This document shows, piece after piece, positions 18,548 to 29,814 of a stretch of 55,105 nucleotides of DNA; positions within the stretch are counted from its first letter, which is position 1, and each line of letters begins with the position of its first letter. The stretch covers positions 41,354 through 96,458 of the forward strand of contig JAQGDQ010000779.1 of assembly GCA_030141605.1 (NCBI GenBank), given 5' to 3'. The notes under the pieces are model-generated. The model ran no database searches and was not told the DNA's origin. It was given only the letters and a program-made list of their open reading frames with translations. The stretch is from Tubiluchus corallicola. Taxonomy: Eukaryota > Animalia > Priapulida. A program made the translations under genes and the position numbers.

Positions 18548-18797
18548 ATGGAAATACAAGAGCTTAATAACCACAATTTTTTGAAGGATGGGGTGGTATC
18601 TCCAAAAATATATATAGCAGAGGTAGAAAAAACCGGTTTTATAAACATTTTTAGCGAAATAGAGAAACCCTATTTAGCCAACGTCTCATCGTCTCGACGT
18701 TAACGGTTCCGCTCGTGTAAGTGGTCTTGTGGATAAGCACGGAAATACGGGTGCAGCTGGGCAGGTTCTTACCGCCGATGGCTCAGGAGGTTTTTGA
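18548..18797 (+). pseudogene. Fragments of a fibre-like structural gene
   Basis: 51-aa ORF at 18548-18703 overlaps an out-of-frame segment (18678-18797) reading RLDVNGSARVSGLVDKHGNTGAAGQVLTADGSGGF*. Confidence 0.4.
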
Positions 18798-19256
18798 ATG
18801 GATATAACTAAATTAAATAATATGAGAATAATAGACAAAATCATTATTCATTGTACAGCAACCAAAGAAGGCGTAGCCATATCTGCTAAAACCGTAGATA
18901 AGTGGCACAGAGAAAGAGGGTTTAATGAGATAGGTTACCACTATCTGATAGGTTTAAATGGAGAGGTAGAAGCAGGTCGTTCTATCCAAAAGGTAGGAGC
19001 TCATTGTGAGGGACAAAATCGCCACAGTATAGGTGTTTCTTATGTGGGTGGTTTAGATGAGAGTGGCAACCCCAAAGATACCCGAACACCTGAGCAAGAA
19101 AAAGTATTAAGGCTGTTGGTTGCAGAATTAATACAGCAGTATCCTGATGCTACGATACATGGGCATAATGAGTTTAGTAGCAAAGCGTGTCCTTGCTTTG
19201 ACGTACACAAAGTGTTTACATTAAATGAAGTGGTTAGATTGGATAGTCAAGTTTAA
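18798..19256 (+). CDS. Endolysin, N-acetylmuramoyl-L-alanine amidase (amidase_2, T7 lysozyme-like); start may be 18822
   Basis: IIIHCTAT, IGYHY, GAHC, SIGVSYVGG and GHNEF..KACP zinc-amidase motifs. Confidence 0.92.
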   Translation: MDITKLNNMRIIDKIIIHCTATKEGVAISAKTVDKWHRERGFNEIGYHYLIGLNGEVEAGRSIQKVGAHCEGQNRHSIGVSYVGGLDESGNPKDTRTPEQEKVLRLLVAELIQQYPDATIHGHNEFSSKACPCFDVHKVFTLNEVVRLDSQV

Positions 19257-19638
19257 AAGTGGTTTGTTCGCCGTTATTGCCATAATAGGATTATTGCCAA
19301 ATTATAAGGCGTGTCAAAAGTTTTTATTCAATAATCCGCTTTTGCTGATAAGTGTAGTACTGGCACTGCTTTTAGTCTGTGTCTATACCATAATGAATAA
19401 ATTGTTAAAGCCGATTAATAAAAAGTTAGATGATAATATACACATGACTTTAGAGCTTCAAAAAAAAGAGTTGTGGCGGATAATAAATAAAGCAGTACGG
19501 CAAAAGTGGCTATACTTCTATGAACATGAGAGTTTTAGAAAGGCGTATAAATACTATCTCACTAATGGAGGCAATGGACGGATAGAACATTATTACAACA
19601 AGTTAATAAGAGATATTGAACTAAAAAAAGAGAGATGA
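19225..19638 (+). CDS. Membrane protein of the lysis cassette (holin/antiholin-like)
   Basis: Two hydrophobic segments; YxxxGGNG motif; overlaps the endolysin. Confidence 0.5.
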   Translation: MKWLDWIVKFKSGLFAVIAIIGLLPNYKACQKFLFNNPLLLISVVLALLLVCVYTIMNKLLKPINKKLDDNIHMTLELQKKELWRIINKAVRQKWLYFYEHESFRKAYKYYLTNGGNGRIEHYYNKLIRDIELKKER

Positions 19639-19979
19639 AAATAGTAGATAAAATTATAGGTACAGTAGACAAATTGATACCTGATAGTGATAAAAAGAAC
19701 GAGTTAAAAGTGGAACTCACTAAGATAGTGCAAACAAGCGTAACTGAGAGACATAAAAATGATATGACTTCTCGTAGTTGGCTCTCTAATAACATTAGGC
19801 CACTATCATTAATGTTCTTTATGGTCATGTTTGTTATCGGGTGTTTTACTAATCTGATTAATGAGTTTTGGGGCAGAATAATAGAAAATTGCTTGATGCT
19901 CTCTATTTCATTCTACTTTGGTGTAAGAACCTTAGAGAAAAGCGGAGGTATTGGAAAGCTATTTAATAGCAAAAAGTAA
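19635..19979 (+). CDS. Holin (3TM / GTA-holin-like family)
   Basis: DKLIPD...RHxxDMxSxSWLSxNIRP...FYFGxRTLEK pattern. Confidence 0.75.
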   Translation: MKIVDKIIGTVDKLIPDSDKKNELKVELTKIVQTSVTERHKNDMTSRSWLSNNIRPLSLMFFMVMFVIGCFTNLINEFWGRIIENCLMLSISFYFGVRTLEKSGGIGKLFNSKK

Positions 19980-19993
19980 AAAAACAAGAACAT

Positions 19994-20014
19994 AAAAAAG
20001 CCCGAAAAGGGCTT
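19994..20014. terminator. Hairpin after the lysis cassette (U-tract on the minus strand)
   Basis: AAGCCC-GAAAA-GGGCTT preceded by an A-run. Confidence 0.5.
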
Positions 20015-20143
20015 AATGAACTTAATAAGCGTCTGACTTCCTATATAGTAAGGGGAAACGAAAAGCAGAAGTGCTAACAGCTAATTACCCACTAAAAGAG
20101 ATACAGTAGATAGAGAAACAGTCACCTGAGATATGGTGGCTGT

Positions 20144-20197
20144 TTTTTGTACATTTCGTCTTGAATTTTTGTACATTTCGTTTTGACGGATATAACA
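20144..20197 (+). repeat. Putative Mu-type right end: two 22-bp direct repeats followed by ...TATAACA
   Basis: TTTTTGTACATTTCGTCTTGAA then TTTTTGTACATTTCGTTTTGAC; 22-bp spacing and a CGAAA core on the minus strand, as in MuA binding sites. Confidence 0.6.
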
Positions 20198-20361
20198 GAA
20201 AGACACTGTTTCACAAAGCGTGTAAACTAAAAAAATACCGAGGGTTTGGCTATTTATAGCTGGACCCTTTGACACTGTTTCACAAAGTGTGTAAACTAAA
20301 AAAATACCGAGGGTTTGGCTACAAAGTGTGTAAACTAAAAAAATACCGAGGGTTTGGCTAT

Positions 20362-21558
20362 TTATAGCTGGACCCTTTTTTCAAATATAACTAAGAACTG
20401 ATTCAAGACAATGCCCCAGTTTCTGATTGGCATTGACCATTTTTTAGTTGCTTCTCTGGTTGCCAAAAATACAGATTTCATTACAGCCTGGTCTGACGGG
20501 AATGAAAGTTTGTTTTTTGTGTATTTTCTGATTTTTCCGTTGAGATTCTCAATCAGGTTGGTTGTATAAATTATCTTTCTGATTTCCAGCGGAAACTCAA
20601 AGAATACTGTTAGGTCTTCCCAGTTGTCTCGCCAGCTTTTAATTGCGTAAGAGTATTTATCCTCCCAAGCTGCTGCAAAATCTTCTAAAGCTGCTTTTGC
20701 AGCCTCTTTTGTAGGGGCGTTATAGATTTGCTTCATATCTTTTGTAAATGCCTTTTTATCTTTCCAAACCACGTATCTGCTTGCGTTACGGATTTGATGA
20801 ACAACACATATTTGTGTTTTAGATTCAGGGAAAACAGTTCGGATAGTATCTGTAAAGCCATTCAAGTTATCTGTTGCCGTAATCAGAATATCGTTAACTC
20901 CACGGGCTTTCATATCGGTAAGTACGTTCATCCAAAAGGCAGCGGACTCACTCTTGCCCAACCATAAGCCAAGAACCTCTTTTTTCCCATCTCTGCGAAG
21001 TCCTACGGCAATGTAAACGGTTTTGTTGACGACCTTAGAGTTCTCCCGCACTTTAAATACAATGCCATCCATCCAAACAATTAGGTATACAATTTCCAGA
21101 GGTCGGTTCTGCCACGCTACAATGTCGTTGGTGACTGAATCGGTAATCCTTGATATGGTGGATGTAGAAACTTCAAAACCGTATAGCTCCCGAATTTGCT
21201 CTTCAATATCGCTATTACTCATTCCTTTAGCATAAAACGAAACAATGATATTCTCTAAGCCATCGACCATGTTCCCTCCTTTGGGTACAATCATCGGATT
21301 AAACGAAGCATCACGGTCTCGGGGAACCTGAATGTTGGATTCTCCCAGAGTGGTTCGGACTCTCTTCTCTGAATAGCCATTGCGGGCATTCTGATTATCC
21401 GATTTTTGATTCTTATCATAGCCTAAATGACCATCGAGTTCTCCTTCAAGCATCTTTTCAATGCCTCGTTTTTGGAGCTCTTGTAAAAAACCATTGAGCT
21501 CTTCCCCTGAATTAAACTGTTCAAGGAAATCATCATTTAATAAATCTTCTTTTTTCAT
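20362..21558 (-). CDS. IS256-family (Mutator-like DDE) transposase
   Basis: [30 protein letters not shown] and [10 protein letters not shown] motifs; full length, 398 aa. Confidence 0.97.
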   Translation of the reverse strand: MKKEDLLNDDFLEQFNSGEELNGFLQELQKRGIEKMLEGELDGHLGYDKNQKSDNQNARNGYSEKRVRTTLGESNIQVPRDRDASFNPMIVPKGGNMVDGLENIIVSFYAKGMSNSDIEEQIRELYGFEVSTSTISRITDSVTNDIVAWQNRPLEIVYLIVWMDGIVFKVRENSKVVNKTVYIAVGLRRDGKKEVLGLWLGKSESAAFWMNVLTDMKARGVNDILITATDNLNGFTDTIRTVFPESKTQICVVHQIRNASRYVVWKDKKAFTKDMKQIYNAPTKEAAKAALEDFAAAWEDKYSYAIKSWRDNWEDLTVFFEFPLEIRKIIYTTNLIENLNGKIRKYTKNKLSFPSDQAVMKSVFLATREATKKWSMPIRNWGIVLNQFLVIFEKRVQL

Positions 21559-21587
21559 TACTGTCTAAAGTTTTAAAATTAAACAAA

Positions 21588-21619
21588 AAAATGCCGAGGG
21601 TTGCAACCCTCGGCATTTT
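21588..21619 (-). terminator. Perfect 32-bp palindrome inside the IS left end, terminator-like upstream of the transposase
   Basis: AAAATGCCGAGGGTTG|CAACCCTCGGCATTTT, followed by a U-run on the minus strand. Confidence 0.6.
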
Positions 21620-21646
21620 CTATTTACACAGTTTATGAGATAGTGC

Positions 21647-23757
21647 TGACCCTAGTATAAAATTGTCCCTGATCAGGTTAGTGAAAGCCATTATTAAATT
21701 TTTATCAGATTGAAGCATAATATTACGTGTATAATTGGCATCAGCTATTTCCATGAACGGCATTCTTTTTGCATTATCTATTTTATTACATCTGAATAAA
21801 ATGTGCTGAGGAGTTTGCTCTTCTTCTCCACATGGACATAAACTAGTATCACACATATTAAGTCTATACAAAAAGCTGTTAAAATTCCCCTGACCAGTTA
21901 AAAAGGACATGGCAATGGATTCTATTTTCCTTTCATTATTTCCAAGCGGCAAATTTAAGGGTGTACATTTTATATTCTGTATTTCAACATTATCTCCTCG
22001 AAATTGCATAACATGCCTATATTTAGTTGCCCAGGTATAAGAAACATAATCTGTAATTTGACGTTTGGTATAAATTAACATATTTTCAGGAATTTGTTCA
22101 AGATCTGTATTACGAAAGTTTTCATTCCAGACAAATTTTAAAAAGTTTCTCACAGTCTGCACATTTGTATACATAATATTTTTATAAATATGTCTTCCTG
22201 TCAGACGTGTACTACCATACCGCAGAATCTGTTGTTTTACTAAATCATTAGCGCTCTGACATAATGTCTTAAGACATGATTTAACCACAATTACATTTAG
22301 TTCAATGTCTAACGGTGGAAGACCACAAAGTAATTCCAATTTAGTACGATCTGGTTTAAAAGCCAACCCCGCAGAAACTTTCATTATATCATAGGTTATA
22401 TCTTCAAATACAGTAAGTTTTTTACCTAACCATACAATAGCACCATACAGTATAATCGGCAAAATAGTAGTTTATAAATATTTACAATGGTAGCAAGTCG
22501 CAAACCTGCATATTTACTGCAATTGTTTTTTACTTTCAACCATCTATACCATACCTTTTTATGAACATTGCCCGCGTGTTTAACAAATGTTAATTTCCGA
22601 TCAACAGTTAGGCCTAATATTTTGCTGTCTTCAACAAACAATATTTCATTGTTACTAATTTTTAAATTGTCTGGCTTGTTATTTTCATCCCATGCCCCTA
22701 CTAGCAATGCTTCTGTCTTACCAGGTAACGTATTTATCTTTAAACGCCATTTCTGGCACCATTTGTGAAGCACATCACAACAGCTTTGTGCAATTGTAAC
22801 ACAAGTTTGCGGGTCTGTATTTGACACATGCAAAGATCCATCATCAACATACTTGTACTTTTTAACAGAGTCATGCATATTATAAAACATATCTGCAATG
22901 AAAAATATAAACAGTATTGGGGCTATAACTGACCCCTGTGGGAGTCCTAAATTGCATCGATATTGATCGGACATATAATCATTTATCTTTATGCAGATAT
23001 TGCGATTTTGTAATATATATGCTATAAGGCGTAGCATAGACCCTCGTACATTTGCACAAATAAGTTTAAATAATAAACCTTCAACCCAAACACGGTCGAA
23101 CGCTTTTTCGTAATCACAGCAAATTGTTATACCGTATGCATTATTCAAAATGTCGTCTTCCATATCAGTAACTAATCTGGTTAAATAACGTACTGTATTT
23201 TTGCCTTTTATGAAGCCTTCTTGCTCTGTATCAATGCAGTTTAACTGAAAGAAATGATTTTTAAGTCTATTTGATATTAAACGCTCAACAAGTTTACCTA
23301 CATACGAAGAAATGGTTATTGGACGATAATTACTGGCATTTGAATAATCGATTTTGTTAGGTTTTTTTAGTGGAATTACTTTCGTGCACGTCCAAGGCCA
23401 TAATTGATTTTCTAAGCACATATTTGCGATACGTAATACAATATTTTTTGCTACTGGCCCAAAATGTTTTATCATTTTTGGGTGAAACCCATCGGAGTCA
23501 AGCGACTTGCCTTCAGTTCGCACTTCACTTACTGCATTTTCTAATTCTTGTAAATTAAACCAGTTATTTAGACAAAAATTTTCGTTTTGTTCCCAGTCCA
23601 TAACTGATAATGAGCGTTCAATGTGATTTTTCCAGTTTTCATCAAATTCTTCCGCGTTCATGTGTTCCCCACTAAAAAAAGTCTTATATAATAAATCAGC
23701 ACTATCCGAGGCCGAGACTACAGGTGAGCCATTACTAATTAATGTGTGTAATGTCAT
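21647..23757 (-). mobile_element. Non-LTR retrotransposon ORF2 remnant (RT + CCHC knuckle; I/Jockey/R1-like), 5'-truncated, one frameshift near 22460, 3' end replaced by IS256
   Basis: YRPITISS..KLVER, QEGF, DYEKAFDRV, GLPQGSVIAP, YVDD and CPCGEEEQTPQHILFRC motifs. Confidence 0.9.
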
Positions 23758-23787
23758 TACAGTGAGGAGAGACTGTTAGGACAAGGA

Positions 23788-24381
23788 GGGCGCACTGAAT
23801 TAGTTCAACATCGTATTACTCTAACAAATCCTACGCCAGTTGTAGGACATGTCGAAACGATGTTTAGTCCTATTGCGGTACCCTTGTATGCACTGCTTGA
23901 GAAAAATGCACCTGTACACGTTGACTGGAATGAAGAGTGTGAACGCAGCTTTATAGAACTGCGCACTGCACTGAACTCAGACACGGTGCTTCACTCACCT
24001 GATTTTTCGCAGAAATTTGTTCTAACAACTGATGCTTCATTTAGTGGTATTGGTGGAGTGCTGACACAAGTAAAGAGTGAGTTAGGTGAGGTGCCAATTA
24101 CACATGTGAGCAGAAAGTTGACTACGTGTGAACGAAATTATAGTGTTGTGGAAATTGAGTTGTTGGCAGTAGTGTATTCTGTATCTAAGTTACGTTACTA
24201 CTTAGAAGGTCATGAGTTCATAGTACGAACTGACCAACGTAGTTTGCTAGCACTCCCACGCATGAAAAGAAATAATCGCCGCCTTTGTACATGGGCGCTT
24301 ATTTTGCAACAATTCCAAATTACTGTAGAGAATATTGCTGGAAAAGATAATATTGTAGCAGATTCTCTTTCACGTCTATGA
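23788..24381 (+). mobile_element. Ty3/gypsy pol remnant (RT start joined to thumb + RNase H), Gmr1-like end
   Basis: GRTELVQHRI in frame with FSPIAVPL...TDAS...ERNYSVVEIELLA...TDQ...ADSLSRL*. Confidence 0.85.
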
Positions 24382-24973
24382 ATGGGTAATTCCAACCACT
24401 AAAGCCCAAGTTAGGTGATTAAAGATCACCTCTGACCAGTTGAAATATTTTCTTTTACATTATATGAAGCTAATTCATTAGAAATGAGTTACAAATAATA
24501 AAATTTTGTTGCGAAATTAGTTTAATGTATTCGCAATGCCATCTAGAAGTGGTAATGGAAAACATGTGTTGTTGTACTGTATTATTTTAATCTTGTTAGG
24601 CTGGTTAATAGTAAAAGTGTTTCTCCTTTGATCGAAACAATACAGTGTTTTATGTTTAGTTTATTCATTTATGTTGAAACCAAGATTTGAACCTTGCGTT
24701 GTAAGCTTAAGAGTAAACAAATACTGTATCACCTAATATGTAATTATTTCATGAGTGAAGGAATTCACAAAGATTTGTTGATGAAGATTGTGATTGAGTA
24801 TTGCATTTTTGTCACTGACATTAATTATTTTTGTTCTATTATTGTGATGAATATGTATCATGATTTTTTTTGTGTAACTAGTTTATTGCCCTGACCTATT
24901 GTGTTAAAAGTCTTGATATCACATTTTAGTAAAAAAAATTTGATGGATCAAGCTTTTGTAACGGAGGATGCTA

Positions 24974-25978
24974 TGTGACGCTCAGGCTTATTTTAGGCCA
25001 GGTTATGTAACTAGTTCCTACTGTTATAATTCCACCATTAATTATTGTCAATCTTTATAAAAGAAGTTTAGTTAAACTGTTTAATGATATAAGGCTAGAA
25101 GCCAACTTGTTCTGAAATCAGATTTCACCTGTACATTCAATGATACTGTTTATGCATTACTACTATATCATGTGACTGAAGCCACGTAGACGAAATTTTG
25201 GCTGTTCAGTTCGCCCTGGTATTCCGCTTGAAGTTGTCGAGTTAAGCGGACGTTCACATGTCATAAAATGATGGTTTAGTAGTAATAGTGCTTGCTTGTA
25301 GAAAAGCGATCTGTCTACCTGGTTACGACAGAGACGATAGTTGCATTCTAGCGATGATACTTACCTGTTGCTGATTATATTTCCTGACGCTGATGATACA
25401 TCACTTACCAGTTGTCGATGATATCTGCTGCTGATGATACTTACCCGTATTTACCTAACGTTGATGATACTGTCGTTGGTGCTTCCATGCTGATTACAAA
25501 ATTGGTAATCCTTACCTTGCGACGAGTGCAGGAGCTTGGATGCTACCCCATTTTGGCGTCATATAAGTGGAGGCGTGTACATCAGGAGTCGTCAAAGTTT
25601 GGAGACGTCGTCGTCCACGTAATCAGCTCCATCAAGAGGTAGTGTAGTCAACCGTTCTATGGTGCACCATTCCTTGATCAAGCCCCTGGTGAGGAGATGC
25701 TGCGGAATGGGAGCAGGAGAATAGTCGCTTGATGATGCCAAGACTGCACTGGTGAAAAACATTACGTTGTTCTTTCTCTTCTTAGCCGGCTTAGTCTTTA
25801 TTATTAACAGTTGTCTCGTAATGTGTTTTGAAATATTCATTAAATTGTTATATTATTTTATTAATTCAGTGGTTTCTTCTCAGTGTTTTCGACTAAGTGT
25901 TTTATTCTTTACCTAAGGGTTACACTTAAGTCACGAACCACATATTTACAATAACGGAACTTAGACTACATCGTCACA
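24974..25978 (+). repeat. Putative 3' LTR (about 1005 bp)
   Basis: Begins TGTGACG after a degenerate purine tract and ends CGTCACA (7-bp terminal IR); lies downstream of the gypsy RNase H. Confidence 0.6.
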
Positions 25979-26439
25979 ACCCCGTATCACACCCAGCACC
26001 TGGTGTCCCAGCTCTCTCCTTCACCCCACGTCACATCCAGCACCTGATGTCTCAGCTCTCTCCTTCACCCCGTATCACACCCAGCACCAGGTGACCCAGC
26101 TCTCTCCTTCACCCCGCGTCACACTCAGCACCTGATGTTCCAGCTCTCTCCTTCACCCCGTATCACACCCAGCACCTGGTGACCCAGCTCTCTCCTTCAC
26201 CCCGCGTCACACCCAGCACCTGGTGACCCAGCTCTCTCCTTCACCCCGCGTCACACCCAGCACCTGATGTCTCAGCTCTCTCCTTCACCCCACGTCACAC
26301 CCAGCACCTGGTGACCCAGCTCTCTCCTTCACCCCGCATCACACCCAGCAGCTGATGTCCCAGCTCTCTCCTTCACCCCGCATCACACCCAGCAGCTGAT
26401 GTCCCAGCTCTCTCCTTCACCCCACGTCACACCCAGCAG
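25979..26439. repeat. 44-bp minisatellite, about 10.5 copies
   Basis: Unit ACCCCGYRTCACACCCAGCACCTGRTGWCCCAGCTCTCTCCTTC. Confidence 0.95.
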
Positions 26440-26509
26440 TTCTTTTTGATTGTGTTATGTGGTATCAATGTTTTGCAGTCGGTGAGTGTAACCTGTAATG
26501 AATCCTTAA

Positions 26510-26701
<192 letters not shown>

Positions 26702-27928
26702 TAGAACCAGTTGGAAAATGAATAACAAATTGTATTTTTCCGGTATTGCCCATTTAGCAAAACTCAACTGTCTATTGTGCATGCGTACTTACAGTATTAT
26801 AATAACGTCTATATACTCACCTCGTAATTGTATCAGAAAGACTTGTTAGCTTTGCCCATATAAACGGCATCTCTAAGTATAACTTGTGCGAAAACCTGGG
26901 AGTGCAATTTCAACTAATGATACCATCAGACTATAACAGCTTCAAACTTATATTAGAAAAATCACCAATGATGTACTATGTATGCTTTTTTCAAGCCATT
27001 GTTAGGCACAACTTACTGAAAAACAAGGTTCTGACAGATATAGCAAATAAAATATTACGTTAATAGCTGATACCCCCCAATACACACACCAGAAATCAAT
27101 ATGTGTTACCCCTAAATAAATCTACAAATAACAAAGCTAATAATTACCATCATGCTGTTATTCATCATACCAAGAAATCAAAAGGACACTCAAATACATA
27201 AATTATGCTATTTTAGAATTATCCATTTTGACAAATAAGTGCAATTTCTTCAAAATAGCATTCATTTTCAAGAGGCATCTAAAACAAAGAAATTTTACCA
27301 GAATATAGAATCAATTGAGTAGGTAGTTGCCAAATATTGTTTGATATATATATATTCAACAATTTACCTTACCACAGAGCAGAGACTGTTTCTAAATTTG
27401 TACCTCATATGTTGTCATTAATGTTGAATTTTGACTTTTTGCTAACGTACACTTTATTCATGTCAGGGCCCGTTTGATGAGTTATTACTATATTAATAAG
27501 TACTATTAAGCAGTGTACATTACGGATGTGATGTATTAAGCAGCAGCCAATGTCTTCAATGGTATGAAGTAGCTAGTGTCAAAATACTGAAGAATATATG
27601 CCTCTTGTACAACGCGATGGTCAACATGTATTTTTTTGTTTGAACATTTTATGATAGTACATGTACATGTAAATGTATGTTAGTACTGTCTATGATGGTC
27701 TGCTGTCTGCTGGTTGCTATATATAAATGTGACCACACTTTAAGCTTGTAAGCTACCTATAAATTGATTGGCCAAGTTGCTTTCTTGGTCATAGTAGGTA
27801 GATCATTTTGACTTGGTTAAGAACTCAGCATCGACTTATTAAATCACATCGTTTGTGAATCAGACGGTGAGTGCAAGCGGCTAGTCGGTGAAAAGGGAGC
27901 TATAGAGGTATAATGATGTCTTCTTAAA

Positions 27929-29814
27929 TCCACCTGTGTAAGAGAGAAAGACACTCACAAATACACTCAATATGTCTACCTGTGTAAGAGAGAAAGACAC
28001 TCACAAATACACTCAATATGTCTACCTGTGTAAGAGAGAAAGACACTCACAAATACACTCAATATGTCCACCTGTGTAAGAGAGAAAGACACTCACAAAT
28101 ACACTCAATATGTCTACCTGTGTAAGAGAGAAAGACACTCACAAATACACTCAATATGTCTACCTGTGTAAGAGAGAAAGACACTCACAAATATTCTCAA
28201 TATGTCTACCTGTGTAAGAGAGAAAGACACTCACAAATACACTCAATATGTCTACCTGTGTAAGAGAGAAAGATACACTCAATATGGTCCACCTGTGTAA
28301 GAGAGAAAGACACTCACAAATACTCTCAATATGTCCACCTGTGTAAGAGAGAAAGACACTCACAAATACACTCAATATGTCCACGTGTGTAAGAGAGAAA
28401 GACACCCACAAATACACTCAATATGTCCACCTGTGTAAGAGAGAAAGATACACTCAATATGGTCCACCTGTGTAAGAGAGAAAGACACTCACAAATATTC
28501 TCAATATGTCTACCTGTGTAAGAGAGAAAGACACTCACAAATACACTCAATATGTCTACCTGTGTAAGAGAGAAAGTCACTCACAAATACTCTCATTATG
28601 TCCACATGTGTAAGAGAGAAAGACACTCACAAATACACTCAATATGTCCACCTGTGTAAGAGAGAAAGACACTCACAAATACACTCAATATGTCCACGTG
28701 TGTAAGAGAGAAAGACACCCACAAATACACTCAATATGTCCACCTGTGTAAGAGAGAAAGACACTCACAAATACACTCAATATGTCCACGTGTGTAAGAG
28801 AGAAAGACACCCACAAATACACTCAATATGTCCACCTGTGTAAGAGAGAAAGACACTCACAAATACTCTCAATATGTCCACCTGTGTAAGAGAGAAAGAC
28901 ACTCACAAATACACTCAATATGTCCACGTGTGTAAGAGAGAAAGACACCCACAAATACACTCAATATGTCCACCTGTGTAAGAGAGAAAGATACACTCAA
29001 TATGGTCCACCTGTGTAAGAGAGAAAGACACTCACAAATATTCTCAATATGTCTACCTGTGTAAGAGAGAAAGACACTCACAAATACACTCAATATGTCC
29101 ACGTGTGTAAGAGAGAAAGACACTCACAAATACTCTCATGTCCACATGTGTAAGAGAGAAAGACACTCACAAATACTCTCATTATGTCCACATGTGTAAG
29201 AGAGAAAGACACTCACAAATACACTCAATATGTCCACGTGTGTAAGAGAGAAAGACACTCACAAATACTCTCATTATGTCCACATGTGTAAGAGAGAAAG
29301 ACACTCACAAATACTCTCATTATGTCCACATGTGTAAGAGAGAAAGACACTCACAAATACACTCAATATGTCCACGTGTGTAAGAGAGAAAGACACTCAC
29401 AAATACTCTCATTATGTCCACATGTGTAAGAGAGAAAGACACTCACAAATACTCTCATTATGTCCACATGTGTAAGAGAGAAAGACACTCACAAATACAC
29501 TCAATATGTCCACGTGTGTAAGAGAGAAAGACACTCACAAATACTCTCATTATGTCCACGTGTGTAAGAGAGAAAGACACTCACAAATACACTCAATATG
29601 TCCACATGTGTAAGAGAGAAAGACACTCACAAATACTCTCATTATGTCCACATGTGTAAGAGAGAAAGACACTCACAAATACACTCAATATGTCCACGTG
29701 TGTAAGAGAGAAAGACACTCACAAATACTCTCATTATGTCCACATGTGTAAGAGAGAAAGACACTCACAAATACTCTCATTATGTCCACATGTGTAAGAG
29801 AGAAAGACACTCAC
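27929..29814. repeat. 46-bp satellite, about 41 copies, with shorter variant units
   Basis: Unit TGTGTAAGAGAGAAAGACACTCACAAATACACTCAATATGTCYACC. Confidence 0.97.

Larger units (their letters stand above)
1..20197. mobile_element. Mu-like (transposable) myovirus-type prophage, structural/lysis arm, Bacteroidota host type; left part extends beyond the window
   Basis: Contiguous head, contractile-tail, baseplate, fibre and lysis genes. Bacteroidota TAnnTTTG promoters and no Shine-Dalgarno motifs. Tandem 22-bp end repeats at 20144-20187. No transposase or repressor of the phage lies inside the window. Confidence 0.85.
20202..21647 (-). mobile_element. IS256-family insertion sequence with a triplicated right end
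   Basis: Imperfect terminal IRs GACACTGTTTCACAAAGTGTGTAAAC and (rc) AGCACTATCTCATAAACTGTGTAAAT; intact transposase; no matching flanking TSD. Confidence 0.92.

Noticed and set aside
72-20014. Canonical eCIS / T6SS(iv) or bona fide GTA
   Set aside because: Capsid, portal and terminase are present, no AAA ATPase or effector was found, and a Mu-type end is present, so a prophage arm is the simpler call.
22426-23757. RT next to a prophage as a DGR, retron or Abi RT
   Set aside because: Motifs (YRPI, PQGS, CCHC knuckle) are those of eukaryotic non-LTR elements; no TR/VR pair, avd or msr-msd seen.
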